64,000 bases of DNA from contig JAEWNN010000136.1 of the NCBI GenBank assembly GCA_023457035.1, positions 4,918 to 68,917 of the forward strand. The letters are read 5' to 3'. Position 1 is the first letter of the stretch. Every line of letters begins with the position of its first letter. Positions 45,402 to 54,001 of the stretch are shown here, piece after piece. Below the pieces are notes generated by a model that was not told where the DNA came from, ran no database searches, and worked only from the letters and a program-made list of their open reading frames with translations. This DNA is from Verrucomicrobiota bacterium (GTDB lineage Bacteria; Verrucomicrobiota; Verrucomicrobiia; Opitutales; Opitutaceae). The position numbers and the translations under genes are program-made.

Positions 45402-45914
45402 CTATGGTGCGTCCGGCGACTCCCAGTCGGGCGGCGGCGTGGCGAGTCGCATGGGCTGGTGGTGCACGCCGTTCTTCAGGAGGGCCGGGCCCTCCGGGGC
45501 GAAGCCGAGCCGGGCGTAGAAGCTCACGGCGTTGGGGCTCGCGTTCACCGTGACGGGGGCGACGAGGCCGCCGCGGACGGCGGCGGTGCGCAGCAGTTGC
45601 CGGGCGATGCCGCGTCCCTGAAACTCGGGTGCGACGAAGAGCAGCGAAAGGTGGTTGCAGGCGTGGATGTGCAGCAGGCCGATCACCTGCGGCCCGGCGA
45701 CGGCGACCCAACTGGCATAACGGGTCGAGTGGCGCCGCAGGAGGGCCGCGGGTTGGGCGAAGCGATGGAACAGCACTCGGCCGGCCTCGGGCTGCGCCGG
45801 GGCGATGAACCGCTCGAACACCGCGCGGGCGAGCGCACAGGCCTCGTCGGCCTCATCCGGGCGTAACGGATGGATGGAGATGGGGGCTGGAGAACTGGTG
45901 GCGGTTGGTGGCAT
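45402..45914 (-). CDS. GNAT family N-acetyltransferase
   Basis: The internal ATG (CAT 45912-45914) is used. The acetyl-CoA motif is LFVAPEFQGRGIARQLL, followed by ...FYARLGF. Confidence 0.8.
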   Translation of the reverse strand: MPPTATSSPAPISIHPLRPDEADEACALARAVFERFIAPAQPEAGRVLFHRFAQPAALLRRHSTRYASWVAVAGPQVIGLLHIHACNHLSLLFVAPEFQGRGIARQLLRTAAVRGGLVAPVTVNASPNAVSFYARLGFAPEGPALLKNGVHHQPMRLATPPPDWESPDAP

Positions 45915-46081
45915 GAGGCCGACGGGAGAACCGGGCGCCAATCTTGGGCGGGGCGAGGCGCGCTTGGCGATGGCAGAGCGGGGGCCACCGCGAGGAGCGG
46001 GGATGGGGAGCTTCCGACGGAGCCTGATGGAGGCGTGGTGCCGATCCAGGGGGCGCGTGGTGTGCCGCGGGCGGGAGACGC

Positions 46082-46270
46082 TCAGCAGCAGGACTTGGAC
46101 TCGAGGTCGCGGGCCATCATGGCCAGGAGGCCGGCGCAGGTGGCGATGCCGGCCCCGAGGCCGAGCGCGTCCGGAGTCACGATACGGAGATTGCACAGGA
46201 CGACGATGGTCGCGGTGGCGATGACGGCGGCGGAGACGAGGAGCGGGACGGAGGAGAGGATGGTCTTCAT
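46082..46270 (-). CDS. 62-aa hydrophobic protein
   Basis: The sequence is MKTILSSVPLLVSAAVIATATIVVLCNLRIVTPDALGLGAGIATCAGLLAMMARDLESKSCC. A GGAGGAGG lies 15 nt upstream of the ATG. Confidence 0.45.
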   Translation of the reverse strand: MKTILSSVPLLVSAAVIATATIVVLCNLRIVTPDALGLGAGIATCAGLLAMMARDLESKSCC

Positions 46271-46550
46271 GGTGTTGTGTGTGTGCCTCCTCCATTGCAC
46301 TGCGCGTGCCAACCCGTGGTAACGGGCGGAACCTGTTGGAAACCAACGCCGGAGCCCACGCACGGGGTTGTCCCGCGCATGGGCCCGCGTCGCCCGCCTG
46401 AGACACGGGCGTCCCGGAAACGGAACGGTGGAGGCGGGCATGCCGCGCTGCGTTGGCGGGGCGCGATCCGCCAACGCCCAGTTGGGGCAGTCGAGGGGCG
46501 AGCGACGCGTGACGAGGACCGGCTGCTGGGCGTCGGATCCTGGCGCCGGC

Positions 46551-46952
46551 TCAGGCGGGCACCGGAGTGTCTTTGCGGAAGACGGTGCCCTGTGCGAGGG
46601 CGACGAGGTCGCCGGCGGCGTCGCGCACCTCCATGGTGTAGGTGGCGAGCTTGGAGTTGCAGGACACTTCTTTGGCCTCGGCGGTGAGCGTGCCGGCGCG
46701 GGCGGCCTTGAGGTAGGAAATGGAGACGTTGATACCGAGGGCGAGCTGGCCGTGGCTGTTGGAGGCGACGGCGAAGACGAGGTCGGCGAGGGTGAAGAGT
46801 GCGCCGCCGTGGACGACATCGGCGGCGTTGAGGTGCTGGTCGGCGATGGTCATCCGCGCCTTGGCCCAACCTGGGCCGGCGTCGAGCAACTCGATGCCGT
46901 TGTGCGCGGCGAAACGGTCGCGGGAGAAGAAGGTGCGGAGGGCGGGAGACAT
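46551..46952 (-). CDS. PaaI/hotdog-fold thioesterase
   Basis: The sequence is MSPALRTFFSRDRFAAHNGIELLDAGPGWAKARMTI...NAADVVHGGALFTLADLVFAVA. Confidence 0.85.
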   Translation of the reverse strand: MSPALRTFFSRDRFAAHNGIELLDAGPGWAKARMTIADQHLNAADVVHGGALFTLADLVFAVASNSHGQLALGINVSISYLKAARAGTLTAEAKEVSCNSKLATYTMEVRDAAGDLVALAQGTVFRKDTPVPA

Positions 46953-46980
46953 GATGCGGGACGGTGATCCAGGTTGAATC

Positions 46981-48792
46981 CTATTGTTCCGGTAGGGTGA
47001 TCGATTCGACGTGCCGGGTCTGTGGCCGATCAGAAAGCCGTTCGTCGCAGGTTGTGGAGATGGTGTGCCCATCGAGGGCATTGATGGTGTGCGTGATCAG
47101 TACCCACCCGCGGGAACTCGAAAACTCGATGTGCGCGGTCCATACCATGCGGCCCGAATCCACTTTCAGCGTAAGCAGGCCGACGGTTGCCTGCATCTCG
47201 GGATAGCGGGACTGGAGTGCGCAAGCGGCTTGGTGAAACCGGGGGGCAATGGTCGCGCTATCTATCCATTCGTCTGGCAACGCCTGCGGCATGGGAATGG
47301 GCGGGATGCTGTTGTTGGCGGTGCTGCGTTCGGCGTAGCGAGCGGAGCCTGCATAGGGGACCGTGATTTCCAGTGTTCGATCTTCATCCCGATACTCGAG
47401 AACCCAGGCGAATGCGGAGTTCAGTCGCCCATCGGCTGGGACTTGCGCGGCTGGATCGGTGCGGTAGTAGAGCCCGTCGATCACATCGACGAGGCGGGCG
47501 GAGTGGAGGTGTTGAGGATCGTGTTTGTTATCGCGCAGGATTTGCTGTGCCAGCGCATGCGCCTCGCGGCCCGTGAGCGGACCGTTGATCGGCAGCGTCG
47601 GCGCTGGCATACTTCCTCCGGGCGCGAAGCTCCGGCTCAGTTGTTCGACGAACAACGGGAGTTTGGCGGTGAGGAACGGCCTCATCGAGGCAAGGATCGC
47701 CTCAAACTCGAGCTCGGTGCTGAAGGCGAATTCTGGGCAAGTATCATCCCACTCACGATAACTGCCGCCGGCGCAGCGCAGCAACGGCGCGGACCGACGA
47801 AAGGGGAAGATCGGCCCGCCGGTGGCGACGAGACCGATTCGGATCTTGAAGACCTTGCCGAGGCGAAATCCTAGATGGGTGTCGAAGACCAGGGCCCAAC
47901 TCCAGTGTTCGTCGAGTGCAGCGAAGTAGGCGTGGGCGTCTCGAAAGATTCCGTTGCGTTTGCGAAGGGAGGGGAATGCCTCCTTGAGAAACTTGGTGAG
48001 GCGGCTCTGCCAGTTGAAGGGCGCCGGTGCCGGGCCGGTGAGCGCGTCGAAGCGACGCGAGGCACCTTCGTGGTTGGCGTTGGCTCCGGTGAGGCTTGTC
48101 CAGTCGAAGCCGCTGGCGCGCAGGGCACGGCTTGCCGTCTCGACGCAGTGATCGAAGCGAAGACAGGCGTCACTGCGCTCCTCAAGCGTGCACGAAGGCT
48201 CGCCGAGTTCAGGGTACGTGTGGGTTGATTTGGGCGTGGAGAACGCCAGGCCGGTGGCCGCGCGGATCGCGGCGAGTTCGGAAGTCTCGCCGGCGTTGGT
48301 CGAGACCGAGAGCGTGAAGCGGGTTTTCCGGTGGAACGCCTTCAGGTCCATCAGCCGTAGGTCACCGGTGGCCGAAGCGTTGCTTCCCTTCCAGCGGAAG
48401 CCGGAGGCGGTGATGGTAATCGCGGTGCGGCGAGAGGGGCCGGCTTTGAGCTCGCGGAGCTTTGCGAGAAGAGTGGCGAGTTCAGCAGAACGCAGGGGCG
48501 GGACGATAGTGCCCGAGAATGTGAAGTCGGTGCCCGGGTCCAAGGTCTCCATCGCTTCGACTGCTGTGAGATTGACGCTGTGTCTGTTGATTAGCGGCGC
48601 GAAACCCCGTTGGTCGGGCGGTAGTGCGGAAGCGATCATCCGGATCGGCTCGGGGTGACTGGTGATCACGAGCAGCTGAACCTTCGTGGTCGGAGTCGTG
48701 TCCGCCATCGCCCAAAGGCGGAGGAACTGGTCGAGGGCTGGCGCCAAGTACTTGGTCTCGATGGGGATTTGAAGCTCGTACAGCGTCGCCAT
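46981..48792 (-). CDS. 603-aa orphan protein in a low-GC patch
   Basis: The internal ATG (CAT 48790-48792) gives MATLYELQIPIETKYLAPALDQFLRLWAMADTTP... The ORF is open for 603 codons. GC is clearly lower than in the flanks, and I recognise no motif. Confidence 0.7.
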   Translation of the reverse strand: MATLYELQIPIETKYLAPALDQFLRLWAMADTTPTTKVQLLVITSHPEPIRMIASALPPDQRGFAPLINRHSVNLTAVEAMETLDPGTDFTFSGTIVPPLRSAELATLLAKLRELKAGPSRRTAITITASGFRWKGSNASATGDLRLMDLKAFHRKTRFTLSVSTNAGETSELAAIRAATGLAFSTPKSTHTYPELGEPSCTLEERSDACLRFDHCVETASRALRASGFDWTSLTGANANHEGASRRFDALTGPAPAPFNWQSRLTKFLKEAFPSLRKRNGIFRDAHAYFAALDEHWSWALVFDTHLGFRLGKVFKIRIGLVATGGPIFPFRRSAPLLRCAGGSYREWDDTCPEFAFSTELEFEAILASMRPFLTAKLPLFVEQLSRSFAPGGSMPAPTLPINGPLTGREAHALAQQILRDNKHDPQHLHSARLVDVIDGLYYRTDPAAQVPADGRLNSAFAWVLEYRDEDRTLEITVPYAGSARYAERSTANNSIPPIPMPQALPDEWIDSATIAPRFHQAACALQSRYPEMQATVGLLTLKVDSGRMVWTAHIEFSSSRGWVLITHTINALDGHTISTTCDERLSDRPQTRHVESITLPEQ

Positions 48793-48862
48793 GTTGGTCC
48801 AAAGATAGCGGCGACACCTCCGGCACTCCAGTGCGGACTTGGCGGGGAGATGTGCAAGGCGA

Positions 48863-49399
48863 TCAGGCTGCCGGCTGGCCGAAGCCGATTCGGCGGCGGT
48901 GGGTGGGGCCGTCGGGGGCGAGGAGCTGGCGGATGGCTTCGAAGAGGTTGGCGATCGCGGTGTCGTGGCCCTCGATCTGGCGCTCCAGTTCCGCGAGCTT
49001 GGCGGAGAGCTCGTGGTGGGCGGCGAGGAGTTCGCGGAGTTGCACGAAGGCGCGGACGATGGCGACGGACATCTCGACGGCGCGCTGGCTATGGAGCACG
49101 CCGGCAAGCATCGCCACGCCCTGTTCGGTGAAGACGCGGGCGGGTTTGCGCACACCGCCGCGGCCGGAGGGCTTTGATGTTCCAAGTTGGAACATCAAAG
49201 CCTGCGTCTCTTCGAGGGTGAGATAAAAGGCGAAGTCCTCGGGGAAGCGGTCGCGATTGCGTGAGACCGCTTTGTTGAGTTCACGCGTGGCGACGCCGTA
49301 GAATTTCGCCAGATCGGCATCGAGCATGACGCGGCGTTGGCGGACCCAGTGGATGCGTTGCTGGATCTCGGGGACGGGGGCGAGGGTGCTGTCGGGCAT
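48863..49399 (-). CDS. ORF6N (KilA-N-related) DNA-binding domain protein with a coiled-coil tail
   Basis: The sequence is IHWVRQRRVMLDADLAKFYGVATRELNKAVSRNRDRFPEDFAFYLTLEE...VFTEQGVAMLAGVLHSQRAVEMSVAIVRAF, as I recall the ORF6N family pattern. Confidence 0.8.
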   Translation of the reverse strand: MPDSTLAPVPEIQQRIHWVRQRRVMLDADLAKFYGVATRELNKAVSRNRDRFPEDFAFYLTLEETQALMFQLGTSKPSGRGGVRKPARVFTEQGVAMLAGVLHSQRAVEMSVAIVRAFVQLRELLAAHHELSAKLAELERQIEGHDTAIANLFEAIRQLLAPDGPTHRRRIGFGQPAA

Positions 49400-49513
49400 G
49401 GCGGGAGCGGGCGCGCATGCGGCGGGGGGGGCGTTTCCGCAGTGGGAGTGAGGCTGGCGTGGTGGCGAAGCGGAGTCGCGCGGAGGGTTCAGCGCAGCCG
49501 CTGATGGCGGTGC

Positions 49514-49573
49514 CCTGCTTGCAGGCGATTTCGGCGCCAGTGATTTGCCGCGCGCGGATCGCCTGCAAGCAGG
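49514..49573. repeat. Perfect 16-bp inverted repeat with a 28-nt spacer, upstream of the ORF6N gene
   Basis: CCTGCTTGCAGGCGAT lies at 49514-49529 and ATCGCCTGCAAGCAGG at 49558-49573. Confidence 0.75.
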
Positions 49574-49590
49574 CTCCTACCGATGGAATG

Positions 49591-49621
49591 AAAAGCCCCG
49601 CGGCTTTGAGGACCGCGGGGC
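49591..49621 (-). terminator. Intrinsic terminator downstream of the thrS fragment
   Basis: The minus strand reads GCCCCGCGG-tcctcaaag-CCGCGGGGC followed by TTTT. Confidence 0.6.
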
Positions 49622-49671
49622 GAAGGGAGAGCTGAGCGACTGCGGCGCCCAGCTACGAGGAGGAGCGCGGA

Positions 49672-49711
49672 GGGACCGGTCGGAGACCGGTCCTACTTGG
49701 TCGCCGGGGCG
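49672..49711. repeat. REP-like hairpin element, copy A of an identical 40-bp pair
   Basis: The sequence is GGGACCGGTCGGAGACCGGTCCTACTTGGTCGCCGGGGCG. The stem is GGACCGGTC/GACCGGTCC. It is identical to 50969-51008. Confidence 0.75.
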
Positions 49712-50030
49712 CTTCTCGGGGAGGGCGCGGGTCGCGATCTCCTGGATCACGCGGGCGACGAAGTCGTCCTGCTTGATCACGCCTTCGTCACCCTTGGCGC
49801 GGCTGCGGACCGACACGCCGAGCGCCTCGGCCTCCTTCTGGCCGAGCACGAGCGCGTACGGGACCTTGTCCAACTCGGCGCGGCGGATCTTGGCGCCGAG
49901 ATTATCGTTGGAGGCATCGAGCACGACGCGCACGCGGGCGTCCTTACGCTCTTTGGACAGGACATCGCAGTCCTCGATGACTTTCTCGGAGATCGGGAGG
50001 AGGCGGACCTGCGCGGGCGCGGGCGGCGGC
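49697..50030 (-). pseudogene. thrS: Orphan C-terminal (anticodon-binding domain) fragment of threonyl-tRNA synthetase
   Basis: The fragment PAQVRLLPISEKVIEDCDVLSKERKDARVRVVLDASNDNLGAKIRRAELDKVPYALVLGQKEAEALGVSVRSRAKGDEGVIKQDDFVARVIQEIATRAL aligns position for position with the E. coli ThrRS tail (LAPVQVVIMNI...GFKIRE...[28 protein letters not shown]...EIRSRSL). There is no catalytic core and no in-frame start. A divergent gene begins about 60 bp upstream. Confidence 0.7.
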
Positions 50031-50092
50031 CGGCGGATGCGAAGCGGCGGCCGTAATTGACAAACTGAGGTGACGGGGCGCTTGCTAGGCGC

Positions 50093-50824
50093 ATGAGTTC
50101 TCCCGACATCGTGCAGATTCGAGCCGTGGGCGACGCCTACGCGCGGACGCTCGATGCGGACGCGCAGCGCTACTGGGGGGAGAACGCGGAGCGGATCGCG
50201 CGCAACTTGGCGAAGACCGCCGCACTCTGCGCGGAACGACGGATCCTGCGTGTGCTGGATGTCGGACCGTCGTTCCAGACGGTGATCCTGCGGCGGCTGT
50301 TCCCCGGGCTGACGGTGGAGACGATGGGGTGGGAGGATTCGCGTTTCCGCGATGGCTCCGGGGCCGCGCACCATGTGCTGGATCTCAATGCGACGGTGGC
50401 ACCCGAGACCTGCCCCTCGCCGGCACCCTACGACCTGATCCTCTTTCTGGAGGTGATTGAGCACCTCCACGTGTCGCCGCGGCATGTGCTTCGCTACTTG
50501 CACCGATGCCTCGTGCCGGGCGGCGTGCTGATCGTCTCGACGCCGAACGCGGCGTTCCTGCGCAACCGCTGGCGGCTGCTGTGGGGGATCAATCCGTTCG
50601 AGCGGTTGCGCGAGGACGCTGGCAATCCCGGTCATTTCCGCGAATACACGCGCAGCGAATTGCTGGCATACTGCCGGGAGTGCGGCCTGCGCGTGCTGGA
50701 GTCGCGCATCGAGAACCTCTACCGGTTCGGCAGCGGCTCCGGCCGTTTCTTCTCGCGGATCACGCGGTGGATGCCCGAAGGGCTGCGGCACGACCTGACC
50801 GTCGTGGCGCAGCGAGATCCCTGA
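50093..50824 (+). CDS. Class I SAM-dependent methyltransferase
   Basis: Motif I is RVLDVGPSFQ. The protein also contains DLILFLEVIEHL and LVPGGVLIVSTPN. Confidence 0.85.
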   Translation: MSSPDIVQIRAVGDAYARTLDADAQRYWGENAERIARNLAKTAALCAERRILRVLDVGPSFQTVILRRLFPGLTVETMGWEDSRFRDGSGAAHHVLDLNATVAPETCPSPAPYDLILFLEVIEHLHVSPRHVLRYLHRCLVPGGVLIVSTPNAAFLRNRWRLLWGINPFERLREDAGNPGHFREYTRSELLAYCRECGLRVLESRIENLYRFGSGSGRFFSRITRWMPEGLRHDLTVVAQRDP

Positions 50825-50968
50825 TCCGGGGCAGAACAGGGGCGGATGTGCGAGCGCGCATGTGCCCGGCCTGCGGCGACGCGTGAGCTGGCTTTGCGGG
50901 CTGCGGGGGGGGCGGGGGGGCGGGGGGGCGGAGCGACGGCGTCGCCCAGCGACGGGGAGAAACCGGAG

Positions 50969-51008
50969 GGGACCGGTCGGAGACCGGTCCTACTTGGTCG
51001 CCGGGGCG
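50969..51008. repeat. REP-like hairpin element, copy B of the identical 40-bp pair
   Basis: These are the same 40 nt as 49672-49711. The copy lies 15 nt beyond the stop of the TPR gene (51024). Confidence 0.75.
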
Positions 51009-51023
51009 GCGGGCGGGTTCGGC

Positions 51024-52454
51024 CTACTCGAACGCGCGGCCGAAACGATCCCGATAGGTGGCTAGGAGTTGGCTCATCTGCTGGCGGTCGAAACGGGGCT
51101 GTTCCTTGGCGCGTTGCAGCCATTGCCGTGCGGCGAGTTCATTGCCTGTCTCGATGGCGTCGAAGGCCCGGATACCGATGGCGAGCGGATGGCCGGGCTC
51201 GGCGACGAGCGCGCCGTCGACCGCCGCCAGCCCCTCCTCCCGACGACCGAGGGCGATCAACGCGGAGGCGAGACCGAGGTAGGCGGGGGCCTCGTTGGGG
51301 CGGAGCCGGATGGAGGCTTCGAACTCCGGGATGGCCTCGGCATGGCGTTTGTCGCGGATGAGGTGCTGGGCGTGCTGCAGGTGCAGGCCCGGGGAGTTGG
51401 GGCAGTTGCGCAGCCCGTCGAGGGTCGCCTGGTCGGCGGCTGCGCGGTCGCCGAGCGTCTCGCTCATGATGGAGTACTGGATCCAGCCGTCGGAGAAGTC
51501 CGGCTTGAGCCGGGTGCAGAGCTCGAAGCATTGGCGGGCTTTCGAGTAGGCTCGTTGGGCGGCGTGGAGTTTGCCCAACTGGAAATGCAGCGTCGCCTGG
51601 TTGGGGGCGAGATCCAAGGCCTGCTGGATACGGCGGAAGGCCTGGGGGATGTCGCCGTAGCGTTGGGCGGTGCCGGAAGCGAGCGAGAGGCGGTAGACAT
51701 CGAAGCAGTCGTCGGCGAGGTCGTCGACCCAGGGGTCGGCGGGGTCGCGGTAGGCGCCGGAGTCGCGCATGCGGCCGCGGATGGCGCGGGCGGGGTCCTC
51801 CATCCCGAGGCGCTCGTAGACGGTGACGATGAGGTCGTAGCCGAGCTGGTAGTTGGTTCTTGCGACCAGCGGCTCGAGGAGCTGGCGGGCCTGCGCCCAG
51901 CGGCCGGCTTCGAACTCGCAGCGGGCCACGCCGAGGGTGGCGTAGGCCTCGTCGGGCTTCTCGGCGAGGATGGTGCGGTACTCCTTGGCGGCGGCGGCGA
52001 AGTCGTTGCGTTTGAGATAGACGTCGGCCAGGCGCAGGCGGGCGGGCGTGTACTCGGGGGCGAGGGCGACGGCGCGTTCCCAGAGGGGGAGGGCGGGGGT
52101 GGTGTCACCGTAGCCGGCGAGGATGGTGGCGTGGAGGTGGAACCAGCGGGCATCGCCGGGATCGAGTTTCTGGAGACCCGCGTAGCATTGGGCGGCCTCG
52201 GCGAAGAAGCCGTTGGCGTGGTAGAGCCGGGCGAGCTCGGCGAGTCCGTCGAGCGGGGCGGTGGCCAGCTTGCGTTCCGCAGCCTCGACGCGCTGGCGCA
52301 TCGGCAGGGGCCACATGGAGAGGTCGGGCACGACGGGGATGGCGGCGGCGAAGATCTCGGCCTGTTGGTGCGCGCGGTGCCAGAGGTAGCCGCCGGCGCC
52401 GGCGGCGCCGAGGATCGCGACGAATGCGCCGACGAGGAGCGTCTTCTTGTTCAT
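51024..52454 (-). CDS. Membrane-anchored TPR repeat protein
   Basis: The internal ATG (CAT 52452-52454) gives MNKKTLLVGAFVAILGAAGAGGYLW followed by many TPR-like units (e.g. AEAAQCYAGLQKLDPGDARW and AAAKEYRTILAEKPDEAYA). Confidence 0.8.
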   Translation of the reverse strand: MNKKTLLVGAFVAILGAAGAGGYLWHRAHQQAEIFAAAIPVVPDLSMWPLPMRQRVEAAERKLATAPLDGLAELARLYHANGFFAEAAQCYAGLQKLDPGDARWFHLHATILAGYGDTTPALPLWERAVALAPEYTPARLRLADVYLKRNDFAAAAKEYRTILAEKPDEAYATLGVARCEFEAGRWAQARQLLEPLVARTNYQLGYDLIVTVYERLGMEDPARAIRGRMRDSGAYRDPADPWVDDLADDCFDVYRLSLASGTAQRYGDIPQAFRRIQQALDLAPNQATLHFQLGKLHAAQRAYSKARQCFELCTRLKPDFSDGWIQYSIMSETLGDRAAADQATLDGLRNCPNSPGLHLQHAQHLIRDKRHAEAIPEFEASIRLRPNEAPAYLGLASALIALGRREEGLAAVDGALVAEPGHPLAIGIRAFDAIETGNELAARQWLQRAKEQPRFDRQQMSQLLATYRDRFGRAFE

Positions 52455-53770
52455 GGGCTTTTCCTCCAAAGGGTGAGGCGGGCGATGTTCTCGTACGGCG
52501 GGTACACCGGGAAACCGCCGGTGACGAGGACGGGCTCGCCGGTGCCGTCGAGGTCGTCGCAGGCCAGGGTGATGAGGTCCTTGGGCGTGCTGGCGAGGAC
52601 CCGCTTGCTGAAGCGTTCCTGGCCTTCGTTGCGAAACCACACCAGCGAGGCGACGAGCGGGTTCATCTTGTCCCAGTCGGCGTAGGCGGCGACGGCGACG
52701 ATGTCCATCTTGCCGTCGCGGTCCAGATCGACGCCGACCGGGCTGTAGGCCCCGGGGAGATCGGCGATGCGGTGGTACTTGAAGGTGCCGCCGCCGGTGT
52801 TCTCGAGCCATTGGATACCGTGCCAGGGGCGGGGGCCGGGGGTGGCGGCGGGGCCGAAGCCGTCGCCGTTGGTGTAGAGGATGTCGACGCGGCCGTCGCC
52901 GTTGACGTCGCAGAGGTTGATGCCGCTGCTGCCGTAGTCCTCGTTGGTCGAGCCCCAGATGAGTTTGCGGGTGAAGCGGCCTTTGCCGTCGCCTTGGAAG
53001 TAGTAGATTTCTTCCCACTGCTGGGAGATGAGGGCGACGATGTCCTGGTGGCCGTCGCCGTTGAAGTCGGCGACGCACACGTTGATGTCGCCGGAGAGGT
53101 CGGTGAGGATCTCGGCGGTGTCCCAGGTCCAGGGGCCGGTGCGGCGCATCCAGCGGACCTCGCCTTGGTCGTAACCGAACTGGCCGACGGCGAGGTCGAG
53201 CTGGCCGTCGCCGTCGAAGTCGGCGGCGCGCACGTCGGTGACGCGGGAGGTGTTGGCGATGACGACGTGGCGGGTGAAGTTCTGCCGGCCGTCGTTCTCG
53301 AGGATGGTGATGTCGCCGATCTTGTCGTTGTTGGGGAAGACGAACCCCATGTTGGAGACGATGACGTCGAGGTCGCCGTCCTGGTCGAGGTCGGCGGTCT
53401 CGATGTGGACGGGGGCGATGCACTTGTCGTCGATGACGATCTCCTCGAACTTGCCGCGGCTGACCTGGCGGAGCCAGAGGATCTTGTTCTCCTTGGCCTC
53501 GCAGGCGAGCACGTCGATCAGCCCGTCCCGGTCGAGGTCGGCGGTGTTGACGTGGGCGATCCAAGGGCCGGTGCCGGGGACGAGCGCCGCGCCGATGTTG
53601 GTCGGGCGCATGTAGTTGAGATAGGCTCGCGGATCGCTGGCGGGCTGGCGGGCCTTGCGTGCGGCGGCGCTGGGAGCGTCGAGTTTACGGCAGCCGACGA
53701 CGAGGGCGAGGCCGGCCAGCAGGGCGACCAGTGCGATCGAGAGGGTGGGAGTACGGCGGGGGCGGGACAT
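52451..53770 (-). CDS. FG-GAP/VCBS repeat lipoprotein (CRTAC1/ASPIC-like)
   Basis: The lipobox is LALVVGC. Repeated motifs are DLDRDGLIDV, DLDQDGDLDV, DFDGDGQLDL, DFNGDGHQDI, DVNGDGRVDI and DLDRDGKMDI. The stop overlaps the TPR start (ATGA). Confidence 0.85.
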   Translation of the reverse strand: MSRPRRTPTLSIALVALLAGLALVVGCRKLDAPSAAARKARQPASDPRAYLNYMRPTNIGAALVPGTGPWIAHVNTADLDRDGLIDVLACEAKENKILWLRQVSRGKFEEIVIDDKCIAPVHIETADLDQDGDLDVIVSNMGFVFPNNDKIGDITILENDGRQNFTRHVVIANTSRVTDVRAADFDGDGQLDLAVGQFGYDQGEVRWMRRTGPWTWDTAEILTDLSGDINVCVADFNGDGHQDIVALISQQWEEIYYFQGDGKGRFTRKLIWGSTNEDYGSSGINLCDVNGDGRVDILYTNGDGFGPAATPGPRPWHGIQWLENTGGGTFKYHRIADLPGAYSPVGVDLDRDGKMDIVAVAAYADWDKMNPLVASLVWFRNEGQERFSKRVLASTPKDLITLACDDLDGTGEPVLVTGGFPVYPPYENIARLTLWRKSP

Positions 53771-54001
53771 GGCGGAGCGGAGGGAGAAGGCAGCGAGGGG
53801 GAGCCGATCGTGGCCGGGCGCTGTGCAGAGGCGAGCTGGGTGATGCCAGCCCGGGCGGTGGGGCGTCAAGAAAACCGGCCGCCGGGTTGGTGGCGGTGCT
53901 TGCGGTGGCGTGGGGAGCGGATGATCCCGCCTGTTGCCTGGTTTCGCCGCTGGTCCCGGAGCGATTGCACGAGAGGCGGCCGCGGTCGTAGCTCTGAGGA
54001 T

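Noticed and set aside
46271-46550. A structured leader or riboswitch ahead of the 62-aa membrane protein. The minus strand carries a perfect 10-bp hairpin, GCGTTGGCGG/CCGCCAACGC.
   Set aside because: I checked by eye for guanidine (ACGR loops) and fluoride motifs and found none. The hairpin may simply terminate the upstream thioesterase transcript. The small ORF itself is of modest confidence.
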